DNA of 62,673 nucleotides, counting the filler. It is 6 parts of 6 records of this genome, joined end to end, with 100 filler letters (N's around TTAATTAATTAA, not from the genome) between each part and the next. Parts side by side here need not be neighbours in the genome. Positions count along the whole stretch, not along the records: positions 13,910 to 25,510 come from SRR20825019_2840; positions 25,611 to 32,595 come from SRR20825019_2841; positions 32,696 to 42,089 come from SRR20825019_2843; 3 more parts are not named here. One strand, written 5' to 3'. Positions 24,407 through 35,393 of the stretch are shown piece by piece; within the stretch, counting starts at the first letter, position 1, and each line of letters begins with the position of its first letter. The notes below the pieces were generated by a model. That model was given only the letters and a program-made list of their open reading frames with translations, had not been told where the DNA came from and did no database searches. A program made the position numbers and the translations under genes.

Positions 24407-25446
24407 CTACACTTCCACTAGATGCTCAATTTGACTTGTCCTTTTTGTAGCCTACTTCTTTGTGCGCACTTGGCGGGAGCCATCAGTACGATGAGTGAAA
24501 ACGATTGCTCAATACGTTCAGACGACCACCAGGTTTCTCCTTCGACAGGCGGAGTGAAGGATATGGTGGGTGGCGACATGGTGTGCTCACGGCGCAGGAT
24601 GGCAGCCCGGAAGTGGTGAGTGATGACACTCACTCTGGCCAAAAATCATCACCAGCGAGGATCCGAGGCATGACAGGCCCACATTCCATGGATAAAGTGA
24701 ACTGGACATTAACTGACCTTCTTGATAACGAAAATCTAGATTAACCGGCATTTTATCGGAGCATCCTTTTTTTGGAAACTTCCAATATTGGTGCATCTCG
24801 AACCATCACCTGACTCAAGACACCACGTGATTCAGTAGTTCTTGTCGCGCGCTCACTTGTTTATTACTCTGTAGTCAACTGGAATCATCGATGACCCAGA
24901 CCCAATAGGCTTCGTCACGTACTGGGCCATCGATTGCCACTGCCGGCGAGATGGTCCGACGGGGTTGGGTGCCAGCGACTGGCATACCACGGGCGCCGCC
25001 CGGCCATCGACTGTGAGCACTTCCGTTGCAGACCGCCGGGGCATTCAAAACCCACCCGGCGCCGCACCCTTGAGTTGAGTGAGCCGGCGTGTACTGGAGA
25101 TGCGACAGTGCTGTCGCCGTCGGCCGTAGCCATCATCCTCTCTCAGATCTGGCCTGACACTGCCGGCACATCACGTGAATTTGGCAGTGGCGCTGGCCGG
25201 CCTTCGCCGCACTTCTGCTCTGCCCATGACTGTCCGAGCACATTGTTGTTTTTGGGGTGGCAGTGTGTCCCAATCCCCGAGGTGGATACTGGGGCCCAAC
25301 CATCTCAGGCAGGCCGAGGCAGAGCGACTGAGAGTCAGTAAAGCGGACTTGTCACAGCTGGCTCCTAACGTGCCGAGCTATGGTCAGGACTGTTTGGTGT
25401 CTTTGAGCTGAAGAGGTTTTGCGATACGTTCCGTGTCGTTTGTTTA

Positions 25447-25510
25447 GACTGACTGACTGGCTGGCTGGCTGACTGACTGATGACTGACTGACTGACTGAC
25501 TGACTGACTG
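25447..25510 (+). repeat. (GACT/GGCT)n microsatellite at contig end
   Basis: Tandem gact/ggct units run into the gap. Confidence 0.9.
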
Positions 25511-25610
25511 NNNNNNNNNNNNNNNNNNNNNNNNNNNNNNNNNNNNNNNNNNNNTTAATTAATTAANNNNNNNNNNNNNNNNNNNNNNNNNNNNNNNNNN
25601 NNNNNNNNNN
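25511..25610. other. Artificial contig spacer
   Basis: 44 N + TTAATTAATTAA + 44 N. Confidence 0.98.
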
Positions 25611-26951
<1,341 letters not shown>

Positions 26952-27208
26952 CTATTTCACTGTTTCATTGATCGTTGTTGCACTGACAAACTGAACCAAT
27001 CAGCTACCAATCTAGTCAATGTACTCCCATTTTTCACTATTAGTTCAGGTTGTTTTTTCGTACCAATGTAATAGTTTTTGTTTATCGCCATATCTCCCGA
27101 GAGTTACCGGTTGATAACTGTGATCTGCTTGCTGAAGATCTATACTGAACACTCGGGGTTTGAAACCAGAGTTTTAAACGTTCACTGGCATAGCGACGGG
27201 AGTTTTGG

Positions 27209-28225
27209 ATGAACACTCAGGAACAGCTTGAAAGCACCATCCGTGAACTGGTCTGCGAAGGTAAGGGCATTCTGGCGGCGGACGAGAGCAACCCAACCAT
27301 CGCCAAACGGTTCAAGGCGGTTGGTGTGGAATCCACCGAAGAAAACCGACGACACTACCGCAACCTGATTCTCGCTGCGCCGGGGCTGGGAGAGTACGTC
27401 AGTGGTGTGATCCTGTTCGAGGAAACCCTGCGACAGCACGCGGACGATGGCGCCAGCCTACCCTCTGTGGCGGCAAAACAGGGCATTGTGCCCGGCATTA
27501 AGGTGGATAAGGGCAAGGGCCCGATGATTAATGCACCCGGTGATGAGATTACCGAGGGCCTGGATGGGCTAGCCCAACGGCTTGAAGACTACAAACAACT
27601 CGGTGCGCGGTTTGCCAAGTGGCGGAACGTTTACCACATCACCGATACCAACCCCAGTCGCGCCGCCATTGAGGCAAATGCAGAGGTCTTGGCACGCTAT
27701 GCCGCCATCTGCCAGTCCTGTGGTGTGGTACCCATCGTGGAACCGGAAGTGCTGATCGATGGCGACCATAGCATCGAGCGAAGCGCGGAGGTGAATGAGG
27801 CCGTTATCAACGAAGTATTTCAGGCCCTGCGGCGCCATCACGTTGAGCTTGAGACCATGATTCTCAAACCCAGCATGGTCACTCCTGGCAACGCCAATGG
27901 CCAGAAGGCAAGCCCAGAGGACGTGGCAAAACACACCTTGAGAGTGTTCCGGCGTGTGGTGCCGGCAGCGGTACCCGGCATCAACTTCCTGTCTGGTGGT
28001 CAGACACCGGCAGAAGCGACCCTGAATCTGAACGCTATGAACAGTGGCCCGGCGCTGCCCTGGACACTCAGCTTTTCCTACGGGCGGGCACTGCAGGAGC
28101 CAGCCCAGAAAGCCTGGGCGGGCATTTCCTCCAACCGCGAAGCCGCCCAGGCGGCAATGGTTAAGCGTGCCAAGCTGAACAGCCTGGCCACCCTCGGGCA
28201 GTATGCTTCGGAAATGGAGGGCTGA
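27209..28225 (+). CDS. Fructose-bisphosphate aldolase class I
   Basis: GKGILAADES, PGIKVDKG, ARFAKWR, VPIVEPEV, ILKPSMV (Schiff-base Lys), FLSGGQ, LSFSYGRALQ. Confidence 0.96.
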   Translation: MNTQEQLESTIRELVCEGKGILAADESNPTIAKRFKAVGVESTEENRRHYRNLILAAPGLGEYVSGVILFEETLRQHADDGASLPSVAAKQGIVPGIKVDKGKGPMINAPGDEITEGLDGLAQRLEDYKQLGARFAKWRNVYHITDTNPSRAAIEANAEVLARYAAICQSCGVVPIVEPEVLIDGDHSIERSAEVNEAVINEVFQALRRHHVELETMILKPSMVTPGNANGQKASPEDVAKHTLRVFRRVVPAAVPGINFLSGGQTPAEATLNLNAMNSGPALPWTLSFSYGRALQEPAQKAWAGISSNREAAQAAMVKRAKLNSLATLGQYASEMEG

Positions 28226-28246
28226 CCTCTACGGCCAGCCTTCGTA

Positions 28247-29212
28247 TCAACAACCACCAGTGCAATTGGCGGAGCCATCAAAGCTCATGGTTTTTCCGCT
28301 CAGCGGAACGTGAACGGGCACTGAGGACAGGCTTATAAACTGCTTGGTGCGCGTTCCGTCCCGGACCACGCCATCCTGTGTGGCGGCCTCGTTGGCGTGG
28401 GACGCGATCACCGCGTTTGGCTTTATCAGGTCATTTACCACGTAGGCCGCCTCTTCGGGGCCAGTGGTGTAGGTGTCACCGATGTTGAGAACCACAAGGC
28501 TGGCGCCGTAGTGGTCTTTGACAACCAGTTTCTGCTCAGCGGTGATACCGGTGTCACCGGACAGGTACACCACCAGGCCGTTGGTGAACGTGAGCACGTA
28601 GCCGGTGGGCGGTCCGACACTGGCGCCAACGCCCGCCGCTTTCAGGTATTCCGCCAGCGGCCCGGTGAGAAAGCTCGGCGACAGGCCGTTGCTGTGAACG
28701 GCGGGCACGGTCGTGATGGCCACACCGCCCACCACCCGTTCAGCACCGAACCTCACCAGCAGGGAATCCTCTGGATTACCCTCCACGCTTTTGAGCTTGC
28801 TGGCAAAAAAGGCCGGCATTTCGCTACCCGTTATGATCTTTGCCTTCTTGGCAGCGGTGATTTTCACGGAATTGGACTCGGGAAGCACCACCACCGGAAC
28901 CTCCGGCCCACCACAGCTACCCTGATTAACCTCGCGAATATGGCGATCCCCCACATGGTCGCCATGAACGTGGGATACCAGCACCACGTCAATGTTGCCT
29001 AATCGCGGATCATCGGCACCCGCAACGGTTCGACCGGCGTCATAAAGAATACGGGTGCCATTGGGGTCTTCAAAAATCAGCGCCCGGTCCATGGCGCAGA
29101 ATTCGCCGTCATGGCTCCCAAGCGGGGTAACGTTAACTGTGTCGGCAGCGGCCGACAGCGATACGGCGCTTGCCAGAAAGGCAGCAACCAGGCTCTTGCA
29201 GGCGTTGTTCAT
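28247..29212 (-). CDS. Exported MBL-fold metallo-hydrolase
   Basis: Signal peptide, HVHGDH motif, AVHSN, YLSGDTG, IASH. Confidence 0.85.
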   Translation of the reverse strand: MNNACKSLVAAFLASAVSLSAAADTVNVTPLGSHDGEFCAMDRALIFEDPNGTRILYDAGRTVAGADDPRLGNIDVVLVSHVHGDHVGDRHIREVNQGSCGGPEVPVVVLPESNSVKITAAKKAKIITGSEMPAFFASKLKSVEGNPEDSLLVRFGAERVVGGVAITTVPAVHSNGLSPSFLTGPLAEYLKAAGVGASVGPPTGYVLTFTNGLVVYLSGDTGITAEQKLVVKDHYGASLVVLNIGDTYTTGPEEAAYVVNDLIKPNAVIASHANEAATQDGVVRDGTRTKQFISLSSVPVHVPLSGKTMSFDGSANCTGGC

Positions 29213-29321
29213 ATCTCCCTCTCCACGGTTTTTGGCGGTACCATAACCAATACGATGGATGCGTCACTTCATAGCAGTGTAGCTGGAGAATGGAATTCCG
29301 GAGTGGTGAACGTGAACAGAT

Positions 29322-30287
29322 CTATGCAGCTTCAGTAACCGGGACGGGCTGTCGCAGGCAAGCCAGCATGGGGGCCACGTCACGGATTTTTCTGGCTTCG
29401 GGCCACAGCCACTGGGCCTCCGCGTAGCCGCCACGCAGATAGTTCAGCCATTGTTTGATTCGGCCGGTCACGAACCTGTCTTCAAGGCGGTCCTGCAGCG
29501 CAACGGCGTAGCCTTCTACCAGCCTGACCACCTCGGGCCAGGTCATATTCGCCACCGATTCCTTGAGCTGGCTGGCACGAATCCGCCGTGCCAGATCCGG
29601 CCGGGCGATCAGCCCACGACCGATCATCACATCGTCACAGCCGGAGACCTCACGGCAGCGCCAGTAATCCGCCACGGTCCAGATCTCGCCGTTGGCGATC
29701 ACATGGGCATTAACCGCTTCCCTGACCCGGGCCACATCTTCCCAGTAAGCCGGCGGCTTGTAGCCGTCCACCTTGCTGCGGGCATGAACCACGATTTCGG
29801 ACGCGCCGGCCGCTTCCAGCGCCTGGCCACAGGCAACGCCCATGGAACGGTCATCGTACCCCAGGCGCATTTTCGCGGTCACCGGCACATGAGCAGGCAC
29901 AGCGGCACGAACCGCTTCCGTAATCTGTTGCATCAATTCGGGCTCGCGCATGAGCACGCAGCCACCCTTGTGCTTGTTCACGGTCTTGGCGGGGCAACCG
30001 AAATTGATATCAACCTGTGTGGCGCCCAACTCCACCGCCTTGGCGCCATGCCGGCCCATCTGGACGGGGTCTGAGCCCAGCAGTTGAACGGCCACCGGTA
30101 CGCCAACCTGGGTTTCGCAGCCATTGTGCAGTTCCGGGGCGTATTTGTAGAAAATACGGGGCGGCAGCATGCCCTGAGTCACGCGAATAAATTCCGTTAC
30201 GCACCGGTCGATGCCACCAACGGCTGTCAGTGTCTCTCGAATGGGTGCATCAACCAGCCCTTCCATTGGGGCAAGGATTATTCGCAT
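29322..30287 (-). CDS. dusC: tRNA-dihydrouridine synthase C
   Basis: LAPMEG, VTEFIRV, VQLLGSDP, DINFGCPAKTV, VTAKMRLG, VHARSKVDGYKPPA, IANGEIW. Confidence 0.92.
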   Translation of the reverse strand: MRIILAPMEGLVDAPIRETLTAVGGIDRCVTEFIRVTQGMLPPRIFYKYAPELHNGCETQVGVPVAVQLLGSDPVQMGRHGAKAVELGATQVDINFGCPAKTVNKHKGGCVLMREPELMQQITEAVRAAVPAHVPVTAKMRLGYDDRSMGVACGQALEAAGASEIVVHARSKVDGYKPPAYWEDVARVREAVNAHVIANGEIWTVADYWRCREVSGCDDVMIGRGLIARPDLARRIRASQLKESVANMTWPEVVRLVEGYAVALQDRLEDRFVTGRIKQWLNYLRGGYAEAQWLWPEARKIRDVAPMLACLRQPVPVTEAA

Positions 30288-30363
30288 TGGGGCTCCACGA
30301 ATTGATCAAGGAATAAACGGGTGGGAATTGTAGAGAACTTTTAAGGGCGTTGGTAGGCCGGAA

Positions 30364-30582
30364 TTACAAGCGTTCCACGCTGACGAACTTGCCCTGGTCA
30401 TCAAACAGGATACGGAAACTGCCCTGGACGCCGTCACGAAGGTAAAAGCGGGAGAGAATACGGGCCGGGAAGCGGACGGAACGCCCGTCCCGGGCCCTGG
30501 TGTGGACGTCCGTCGCCGAACCCTGATAGAGCTTGATCCACTCATCAGGGCTGATATCGACGTCCACGATAATCTGCTGCAT
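30364..30582 (-). CDS. DUF2835-like small protein
   Basis: 72 aa; ISxDEWxxxYQG...ARDGRSVRFPAxxLxxF..GVQGSF pattern; follows htpG by 9 nt. Confidence 0.75.
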   Translation of the reverse strand: MQQIIVDVDISPDEWIKLYQGSATDVHTRARDGRSVRFPARILSRFYLRDGVQGSFRILFDDQGKFVSVERL

Positions 30583-30591
30583 CAGGCGGCC

Positions 30592-32484
30592 TTAGTTGGC
30601 AAGCTCAAGCAGCAGGCGGTTCAGGCGGCTTACATACGCGCCCGGGTCCTGCAGTTGTTCACCACTGGCCAATGTGGCCTGGTCCAGCAATACGGCAGAC
30701 AGCTCCTTGAAGCGGTCCTCGCCCTGCTCGTTCTCAAGGCGCTGAACCAGCGGATGCTCAACGTTGATCTCGAAAATCGGCTTGCTGTCGGGCACTTTCT
30801 GGCCCGCCGCTTCCATGATTTTCTTCATCTGCGCGCCCATATCGAAGTCGCCAACCACCAGGCAGGCCGGTGAATCAGTCAGGCGGTTGGTTACCCGCAC
30901 TTCCTGCACCCGGTCATCCAGTGCGGTCTTGATGCGCTCCAGCAGGTTCTTGTGTTCCTCGGCAGCCTCTTCCTTGTGCTTCTTGTCTTCCTCAGTTTCC
31001 ACTTCGCCAAGGTCGAGATCACCACGGGCAACGTCCTGGAACTGTTTGCCGTCGTACTCGTTCAGGTAGCCCATCATCCACTCATCGATGCGGTCAGAGA
31101 GGATCAGCACCTCGATGCCTTTCTTGCGGAACACTTCCAGGTGCGGACTGCTCTTGGCGGCCATGAAGTTGTCGGCGGTGATGTAGTAAATCTTGCTCTG
31201 GCCTTCCTTCATACGGCCGATGTACTCATCCAGAGACACGGTCTGCGCCTGCTCACCGGTATGGGTGGACGCAAAGCGCAGCAGGCCGCCGATTTTCTCG
31301 CGGTTACTGAAGTCTTCCGCCGGGCCTTCCTTCAGCACAGTGCCAAATTCATTCCAGAACTTCTGGTACTGCTCCGGCTCTTTCTTGGACAGCTTGGACA
31401 GCATATCCAGAACCCGCTTGGTCACCGCTGTACGGATGCTTTCAACGGTGCTGTCGTTCTGCAGGATCTCACGGGAGACGTTCAGTGACAGGTCGTTGGA
31501 ATCGATCACACCCTTGGTGAAGCGCAGGTACAACGGCAGGAACTGCTCTGCGTCGTCCATGATGAACACGCGCTGCACGTACAGCTTCAGGCCGCGGGGC
31601 GCTTCCCGGTTATACAGGTCAAACGGCGCACGCCCAGGCACATACAGCAGGCTGGTGTAATCCAGCTTGCCTTCCACCTTGTTGTGGGACCAGGTCAGCG
31701 GGTCTTCGAAATCGTGGGCAATGTGCTTGTAGAACTCCTTGTATTCTTCATCCTTGATCTCACTGCGAGACAGCGTCCACAGGGCGGTGGCGTCGTTGAC
31801 CGTCTCATACTCGCCCTTTTCACCCTCTTCTTCAGATTCGGACTTCATCACCACCGGGAAAGAAATGTGGTCGGAGTACTTCTTCACCAGGTTGCGCAGA
31901 CGGAAACCGTCGGCAAATTCCTTGGCGTCATCCTTCAGGTGCAGGACGATCTGCGTGCCGCGCTCGTTCAGGTCCACATTCTCAATGGTGAACTGGCCAT
32001 CACCCGCAGACTGCCAATGAACGCCCTCTTCCACCGGTGCACCGGCGCGGCGGGTAAACACTTCCACGGAGTCGGCCACGATGAATGAGGAATAGAAGCC
32101 GACACCAAACTGACCGATCAGCTTGCTGTCCTTCTTCTCATCACCGGAAAGCTGCTTGAGAAACTCCGCAGTGCCGGACTTGGCGATGGTGCCCAGGTTC
32201 TGGATAACATCGTCCCGGTTCATGCCGATACCGTTGTCGCTCAGCGTGACGGTGTTCTTTTCTGCATCGAAGTCGAGGCGGATTTTCAGTTCCGGGTCGC
32301 CCTCGAACAGGCTGTCGTCTTTCAATGCAGCGAAACGCAGTTTGTCTTCCGCATCCGACGCGTTGGAAATCAACTCACGAAGGAAAATTTCCTTGTTGGA
32401 GTACAGGGAGTGGATCATCAGGTTAAGCAGCTGCTTAACTTCGGTCTGAAAACCCAGGGTCTCTTTTTGCGATTCAACCGTCAT
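30592..32484 (-). CDS. htpG: Chaperone HtpG (Hsp90)
   Basis: [65 protein letters not shown] upstream of ATG 32484. Confidence 0.97.
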   Translation of the reverse strand: MTVESQKETLGFQTEVKQLLNLMIHSLYSNKEIFLRELISNASDAEDKLRFAALKDDSLFEGDPELKIRLDFDAEKNTVTLSDNGIGMNRDDVIQNLGTIAKSGTAEFLKQLSGDEKKDSKLIGQFGVGFYSSFIVADSVEVFTRRAGAPVEEGVHWQSAGDGQFTIENVDLNERGTQIVLHLKDDAKEFADGFRLRNLVKKYSDHISFPVVMKSESEEEGEKGEYETVNDATALWTLSRSEIKDEEYKEFYKHIAHDFEDPLTWSHNKVEGKLDYTSLLYVPGRAPFDLYNREAPRGLKLYVQRVFIMDDAEQFLPLYLRFTKGVIDSNDLSLNVSREILQNDSTVESIRTAVTKRVLDMLSKLSKKEPEQYQKFWNEFGTVLKEGPAEDFSNREKIGGLLRFASTHTGEQAQTVSLDEYIGRMKEGQSKIYYITADNFMAAKSSPHLEVFRKKGIEVLILSDRIDEWMMGYLNEYDGKQFQDVARGDLDLGEVETEEDKKHKEEAAEEHKNLLERIKTALDDRVQEVRVTNRLTDSPACLVVGDFDMGAQMKKIMEAAGQKVPDSKPIFEINVEHPLVQRLENEQGEDRFKELSAVLLDQATLASGEQLQDPGAYVSRLNRLLLELAN

Positions 32485-32543
32485 GGCTTGTTTTGTCTCC
32501 TGCTGTGTTTGCTTCGGTGGAGCGGCGCGGGTTCGAAGCCCTG

Positions 32544-32595
32544 TCCAAAACACGCTGTGAATACGTCCATGTACGCTCGGCTCCGCCATCCATGG
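32544..32595. repeat. Partial REP-like interspersed repeat of Marinobacter type at contig end
   Basis: TCCAAAACACGCTGTGAATACGTCCATGTACGCTCGGCTCCGCCATCCATGG matches a multicopy intergenic element I recall from Marinobacter genomes; the contig breaks inside it. Confidence 0.65.
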
Positions 32596-32695
32596 NNNNN
32601 NNNNNNNNNNNNNNNNNNNNNNNNNNNNNNNNNNNNNNNTTAATTAATTAANNNNNNNNNNNNNNNNNNNNNNNNNNNNNNNNNNNNNNNNNNNN
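32596..32695. other. Artificial contig spacer
   Basis: 44 N + TTAATTAATTAA + 44 N. Confidence 0.98.
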
Positions 32696-32701
32696 CAATA
32701 C

Positions 32702-32723
32702 ACCCTTCGACTCCGCTCAGGGT
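32702..32723. repeat. Flavobacterial REP-like repeat (ACCCTTCGACTCCGCTCAGGGT)
   Basis: CTTCGACTCCGCTCAG core with ACCCT/AGGGT inverted ends, recalled as a multicopy Bacteroidota element; sits at the contig start. Confidence 0.65.
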
Positions 32724-32784
32724 CCATGTTTTCAACCATCGAACTATCTAATAATCCATTAAGCCTTCACCCATAACCCAGCCA

Positions 32785-32817
32785 TTTGCGATAACTCCCA
32801 ACAAATCACTATCTTTG
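32785..32817 (+). promoter_or_regulatory. Bacteroidota housekeeping promoter of mtaB (-33 TTTG / -7 TAnnTTTG)
   Basis: TTTG at 32785-32788 and TATCTTTG at 32810-32817, 21 nt apart. Confidence 0.75.
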
Positions 32818-32842
32818 CGGCCCTAAAACGCAAGGCAAGTCT

Positions 32843-34171
32843 ATGAACAAAAAAGTCGCATTTTACACCTTGGGCTGTAAACTCAATTTCTCCGAAACTT
32901 CTACGATTGCACGAGGTTTTGAAAAGGAGGAGTTTGAGCGTGTGGACTTTTCGGAGGAAGCGGATGTCTACGTCATAAATACCTGTTCGGTGACGGAGAA
33001 TGCCGATAGGCGTTTTAAGACCATCGTAAAGCAGGCCCAAAAGGCCAATCCCGAAGCGTTTGTTGCGGCCGTAGGTTGCTATGCGCAGCTAAAACCTGAA
33101 GAACTTGCCGAAGTTGATGGGGTGGATTTGGTGTTGGGCGCCACAGAGAAATTCAAGATAACGGACTACCTGAACGACCTTACCAAAAATGATAAGGGTG
33201 AAGTGCATTCCTGTGAAATCGAGGAGGCCGATTTTTATGTGGGCAGTTATGCCATCGGCGACCGTACCCGTGCATTTTTAAAGGTTCAAGATGGGTGCGA
33301 TTACAAGTGCACTTATTGTACCATTCCTTTGGCCCGAGGTATTTCGCGTAGCGATACCTTGAGCAATGTACTGAAGAATGCCGAGGAAATTGCCTCACAG
33401 GATATTAAGGAAATCGTACTGACAGGCGTCAACATTGGCGATTACGGAAAAGGGGAGTTCGGCAACAAAAAGCATGAGCATACCTTTTTGGATTTGGTAA
33501 AAGCTTTGGACACGATAGATGGTATACACCGTCTTCGAATTTCTTCCATTGAGCCCAACTTGCTCAAGAACGAGACTATCGATTTTGTGGCCCAGAGCAA
33601 TTCTTTTGTACCTCATTTTCACATTCCGTTGCAAAGCGGAAGTGATGATATCCTTAAAAAAATGCGCCGTCGTTACCTGTCCAATTTGTATGTGGACAGG
33701 GTAAAGCGTATCAAAAACGCCATGCCGCACGCCTGTATCGGAGTGGATGTAATCGTTGGATTCCCTGGCGAGACGGATGAGCATTTTTTGGAAACGTATC
33801 ATTTTCTTAACGAATTGGATATTTCCTATCTGCATGTGTTCACCTATTCCGAAAGGGACAATACCGTTGCTGCTGATATGGACGATGTCGTACCCAAAAA
33901 AGTACGGAGCAAACGCAGTAAAATGCTACGTGGGCTATCGGCCAAAAAACGCAGGGCATTTTACGAGAGCCAATTGGGCAGTGTACGAACCGTATTGTTC
34001 GAAGGAGAGAACAAAAAAGGCTACATCCACGGATTTACCGAAAACTATGTAAAGGTAAAAGCACCTTGGGACCCAGAATTGGTAAATACCTTGCATCAAG
34101 TGGAGCTAACGGATATTGATACCGATGGATTGGTTCGGTTTGAATTTGTTTCCAGTGAAGTGATGGCATAA
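32843..34171 (+). CDS. mtaB: tRNA t6A37 methylthiotransferase (radical SAM)
   Basis: TLGCKLNFSET, INTCSVT, GCYAQ, LKVQDGCDYKCTYC (CxxxCxxC), HVFTYSER, C-terminal TRAM-like region. Confidence 0.93.
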   Translation: MNKKVAFYTLGCKLNFSETSTIARGFEKEEFERVDFSEEADVYVINTCSVTENADRRFKTIVKQAQKANPEAFVAAVGCYAQLKPEELAEVDGVDLVLGATEKFKITDYLNDLTKNDKGEVHSCEIEEADFYVGSYAIGDRTRAFLKVQDGCDYKCTYCTIPLARGISRSDTLSNVLKNAEEIASQDIKEIVLTGVNIGDYGKGEFGNKKHEHTFLDLVKALDTIDGIHRLRISSIEPNLLKNETIDFVAQSNSFVPHFHIPLQSGSDDILKKMRRRYLSNLYVDRVKRIKNAMPHACIGVDVIVGFPGETDEHFLETYHFLNELDISYLHVFTYSERDNTVAADMDDVVPKKVRSKRSKMLRGLSAKKRRAFYESQLGSVRTVLFEGENKKGYIHGFTENYVKVKAPWDPELVNTLHQVELTDIDTDGLVRFEFVSSEVMA

Positions 34172-34197
34172 AAAAACCTCCCGGTCAAGGAGGTTTA
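34170..34197. terminator. Intrinsic terminator between convergent mtaB and GNAT genes
   Basis: AAACCTCC-cggtcaa-GGAGGTTT hairpin with an A-tract on the left (U-tail for the minus strand). Confidence 0.7.
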
Positions 34198-34222
34198 CAT
34201 GCTTTTCTGATGATAGGTTAGA

Positions 34223-34516
34223 TCAGATACGGATACCAACTGGTAACATTTCCTTGTATTGCCTATTTTTTCTTAAAAAACCTGCAATCTGTGGACTTGT
34301 TGGAACAACTCTAAGGTTGTTTTCTTGGATTTCGTTCAATACAGCTTTAATGAAATCCTCTTTAAAGCCCTCATTTGTAATTTCTTCCGGAATAACCAGT
34401 TTTGTCAAAAATACTTTGCGCTCCTGTGAAGAGTACTCAATTTTGGCTAAATGCCCATTGACCGTAGTTTCAAATTGACGTAAGAAACTATTGTCAGTGA
34501 TTTCCAATGGTGTCAT
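34223..34516 (-). CDS. Small GNAT-family (YjdJ-like) N-acetyltransferase
   Basis: 97 aa; DNxxxRQFE..G.LAKIEY...FLTKL..P...LRVVPTSPQIAGFL pattern. Confidence 0.7.
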   Translation of the reverse strand: MTPLEITDNSFLRQFETTVNGHLAKIEYSSQERKVFLTKLVIPEEITNEGFKEDFIKAVLNEIQENNLRVVPTSPQIAGFLRKNRQYKEMLPVGIRI

Positions 34517-34682
34517 ATAGTACTTGTTTTTTTAAATGACTTGTAGAAAAACCCGAAACGGGTATTTCTAAATTTCCCCTGATTAAAAAAATGTGTTCAT
34601 TAAGTGGGGTTGGCTGCAAAAGGGATACAAAATTAGTCAAAATATTGCTAATTTCCTAGTCCTTGTCGATATTTGGTGATAT

Positions 34683-35345
34683 ATGCCCGATATAAAAACC
34701 CATATTTACTTGATGCCAGGAATGGCGGCCAATCCTTCAATTTTTGAAGCAATCCATCTTCCGGAAGACAAGTTTGTAATCCATACGTTGGAGTGGTTTT
34801 TGCCCGAAAGAGGCATGAGCCTGTACGAGTATGCCGAAAGAATGTGTGAAAAAGTCGAGGCACCCAACCCTGTTCTCTTGGGCGTTTCATTTGGTGGAAT
34901 GCTGGTGCAGGAAATGGCCAAAATTATCCAGGTAAAAAAAGTGATTGTTGTATCATCCGTAAAAAGTAAGCACGAGTTGCCCAAAAGAATGATTTTTGCC
35001 AAGTATACCAAAGTCCATAAACTTTTGCCCACAAGTTTGGTGAACAATGTTGAACTTTTGGCCAAATATGCCTTTGGCGAAACAGTGACCAAACGGCTTC
35101 ATTTGTACGAGAAATATTTATCCATCCGTGACAAATATTATATTGATTGGTCAATCGACCAAATCGTTAATTGGCAGCAGGATGAGCCTCTTCCAAACGT
35201 TGTGCATATTCAGGGCGATCGGGATGCCGTTTTTCCCTTGGTCAATATCAAGGACTGCATTGTAGTGAAAAATGGAACCCATACCATGATAATCCATCGA
35301 GCTAGATGGTTTAATGAGCATCTCCCCACAATTATTTTGGAATAA
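34683..35345 (+). CDS. Alpha/beta hydrolase
   Basis: MPGM oxyanion loop, GVSFGG nucleophile elbow, HIQGDRD, GTH. Confidence 0.85.
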   Translation: MPDIKTHIYLMPGMAANPSIFEAIHLPEDKFVIHTLEWFLPERGMSLYEYAERMCEKVEAPNPVLLGVSFGGMLVQEMAKIIQVKKVIVVSSVKSKHELPKRMIFAKYTKVHKLLPTSLVNNVELLAKYAFGETVTKRLHLYEKYLSIRDKYYIDWSIDQIVNWQQDEPLPNVVHIQGDRDAVFPLVNIKDCIVVKNGTHTMIIHRARWFNEHLPTIILE

Positions 35346-35393
35346 TTTCGTCTTTATAATAGTATCTTTACGTTTAATAAAAATTGCGATGAC

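Noticed and set aside
24780-24930. Small spliced gene or C/D snoRNA on the minus strand (donor-like GTACGT/GTGAGC, GATGA...CTGA)
   Set aside because: No splice combination I tried gave a coherent ORF, and I could not recognise an rRNA-complementary guide.
27071-27085. OxyR-like ATAG-N7-TTAT upstream of katG
   Set aside because: Only half of the four-element motif is present in an AT-rich region; plausible but unsupported.
27209-28225. Eukaryote-type class I aldolase as HGT from the protist
   Set aside because: This family is common in Proteobacteria; the gene has an RBS, no introns and bacterial neighbours.
32517-32546. tRNA/tmRNA-like end (GGTGGAGCGGCGCGGGTTCGAAGCCC)
   Set aside because: Only a 3-bp T-arm-like stem; no acceptor stem, cloverleaf or CCA.
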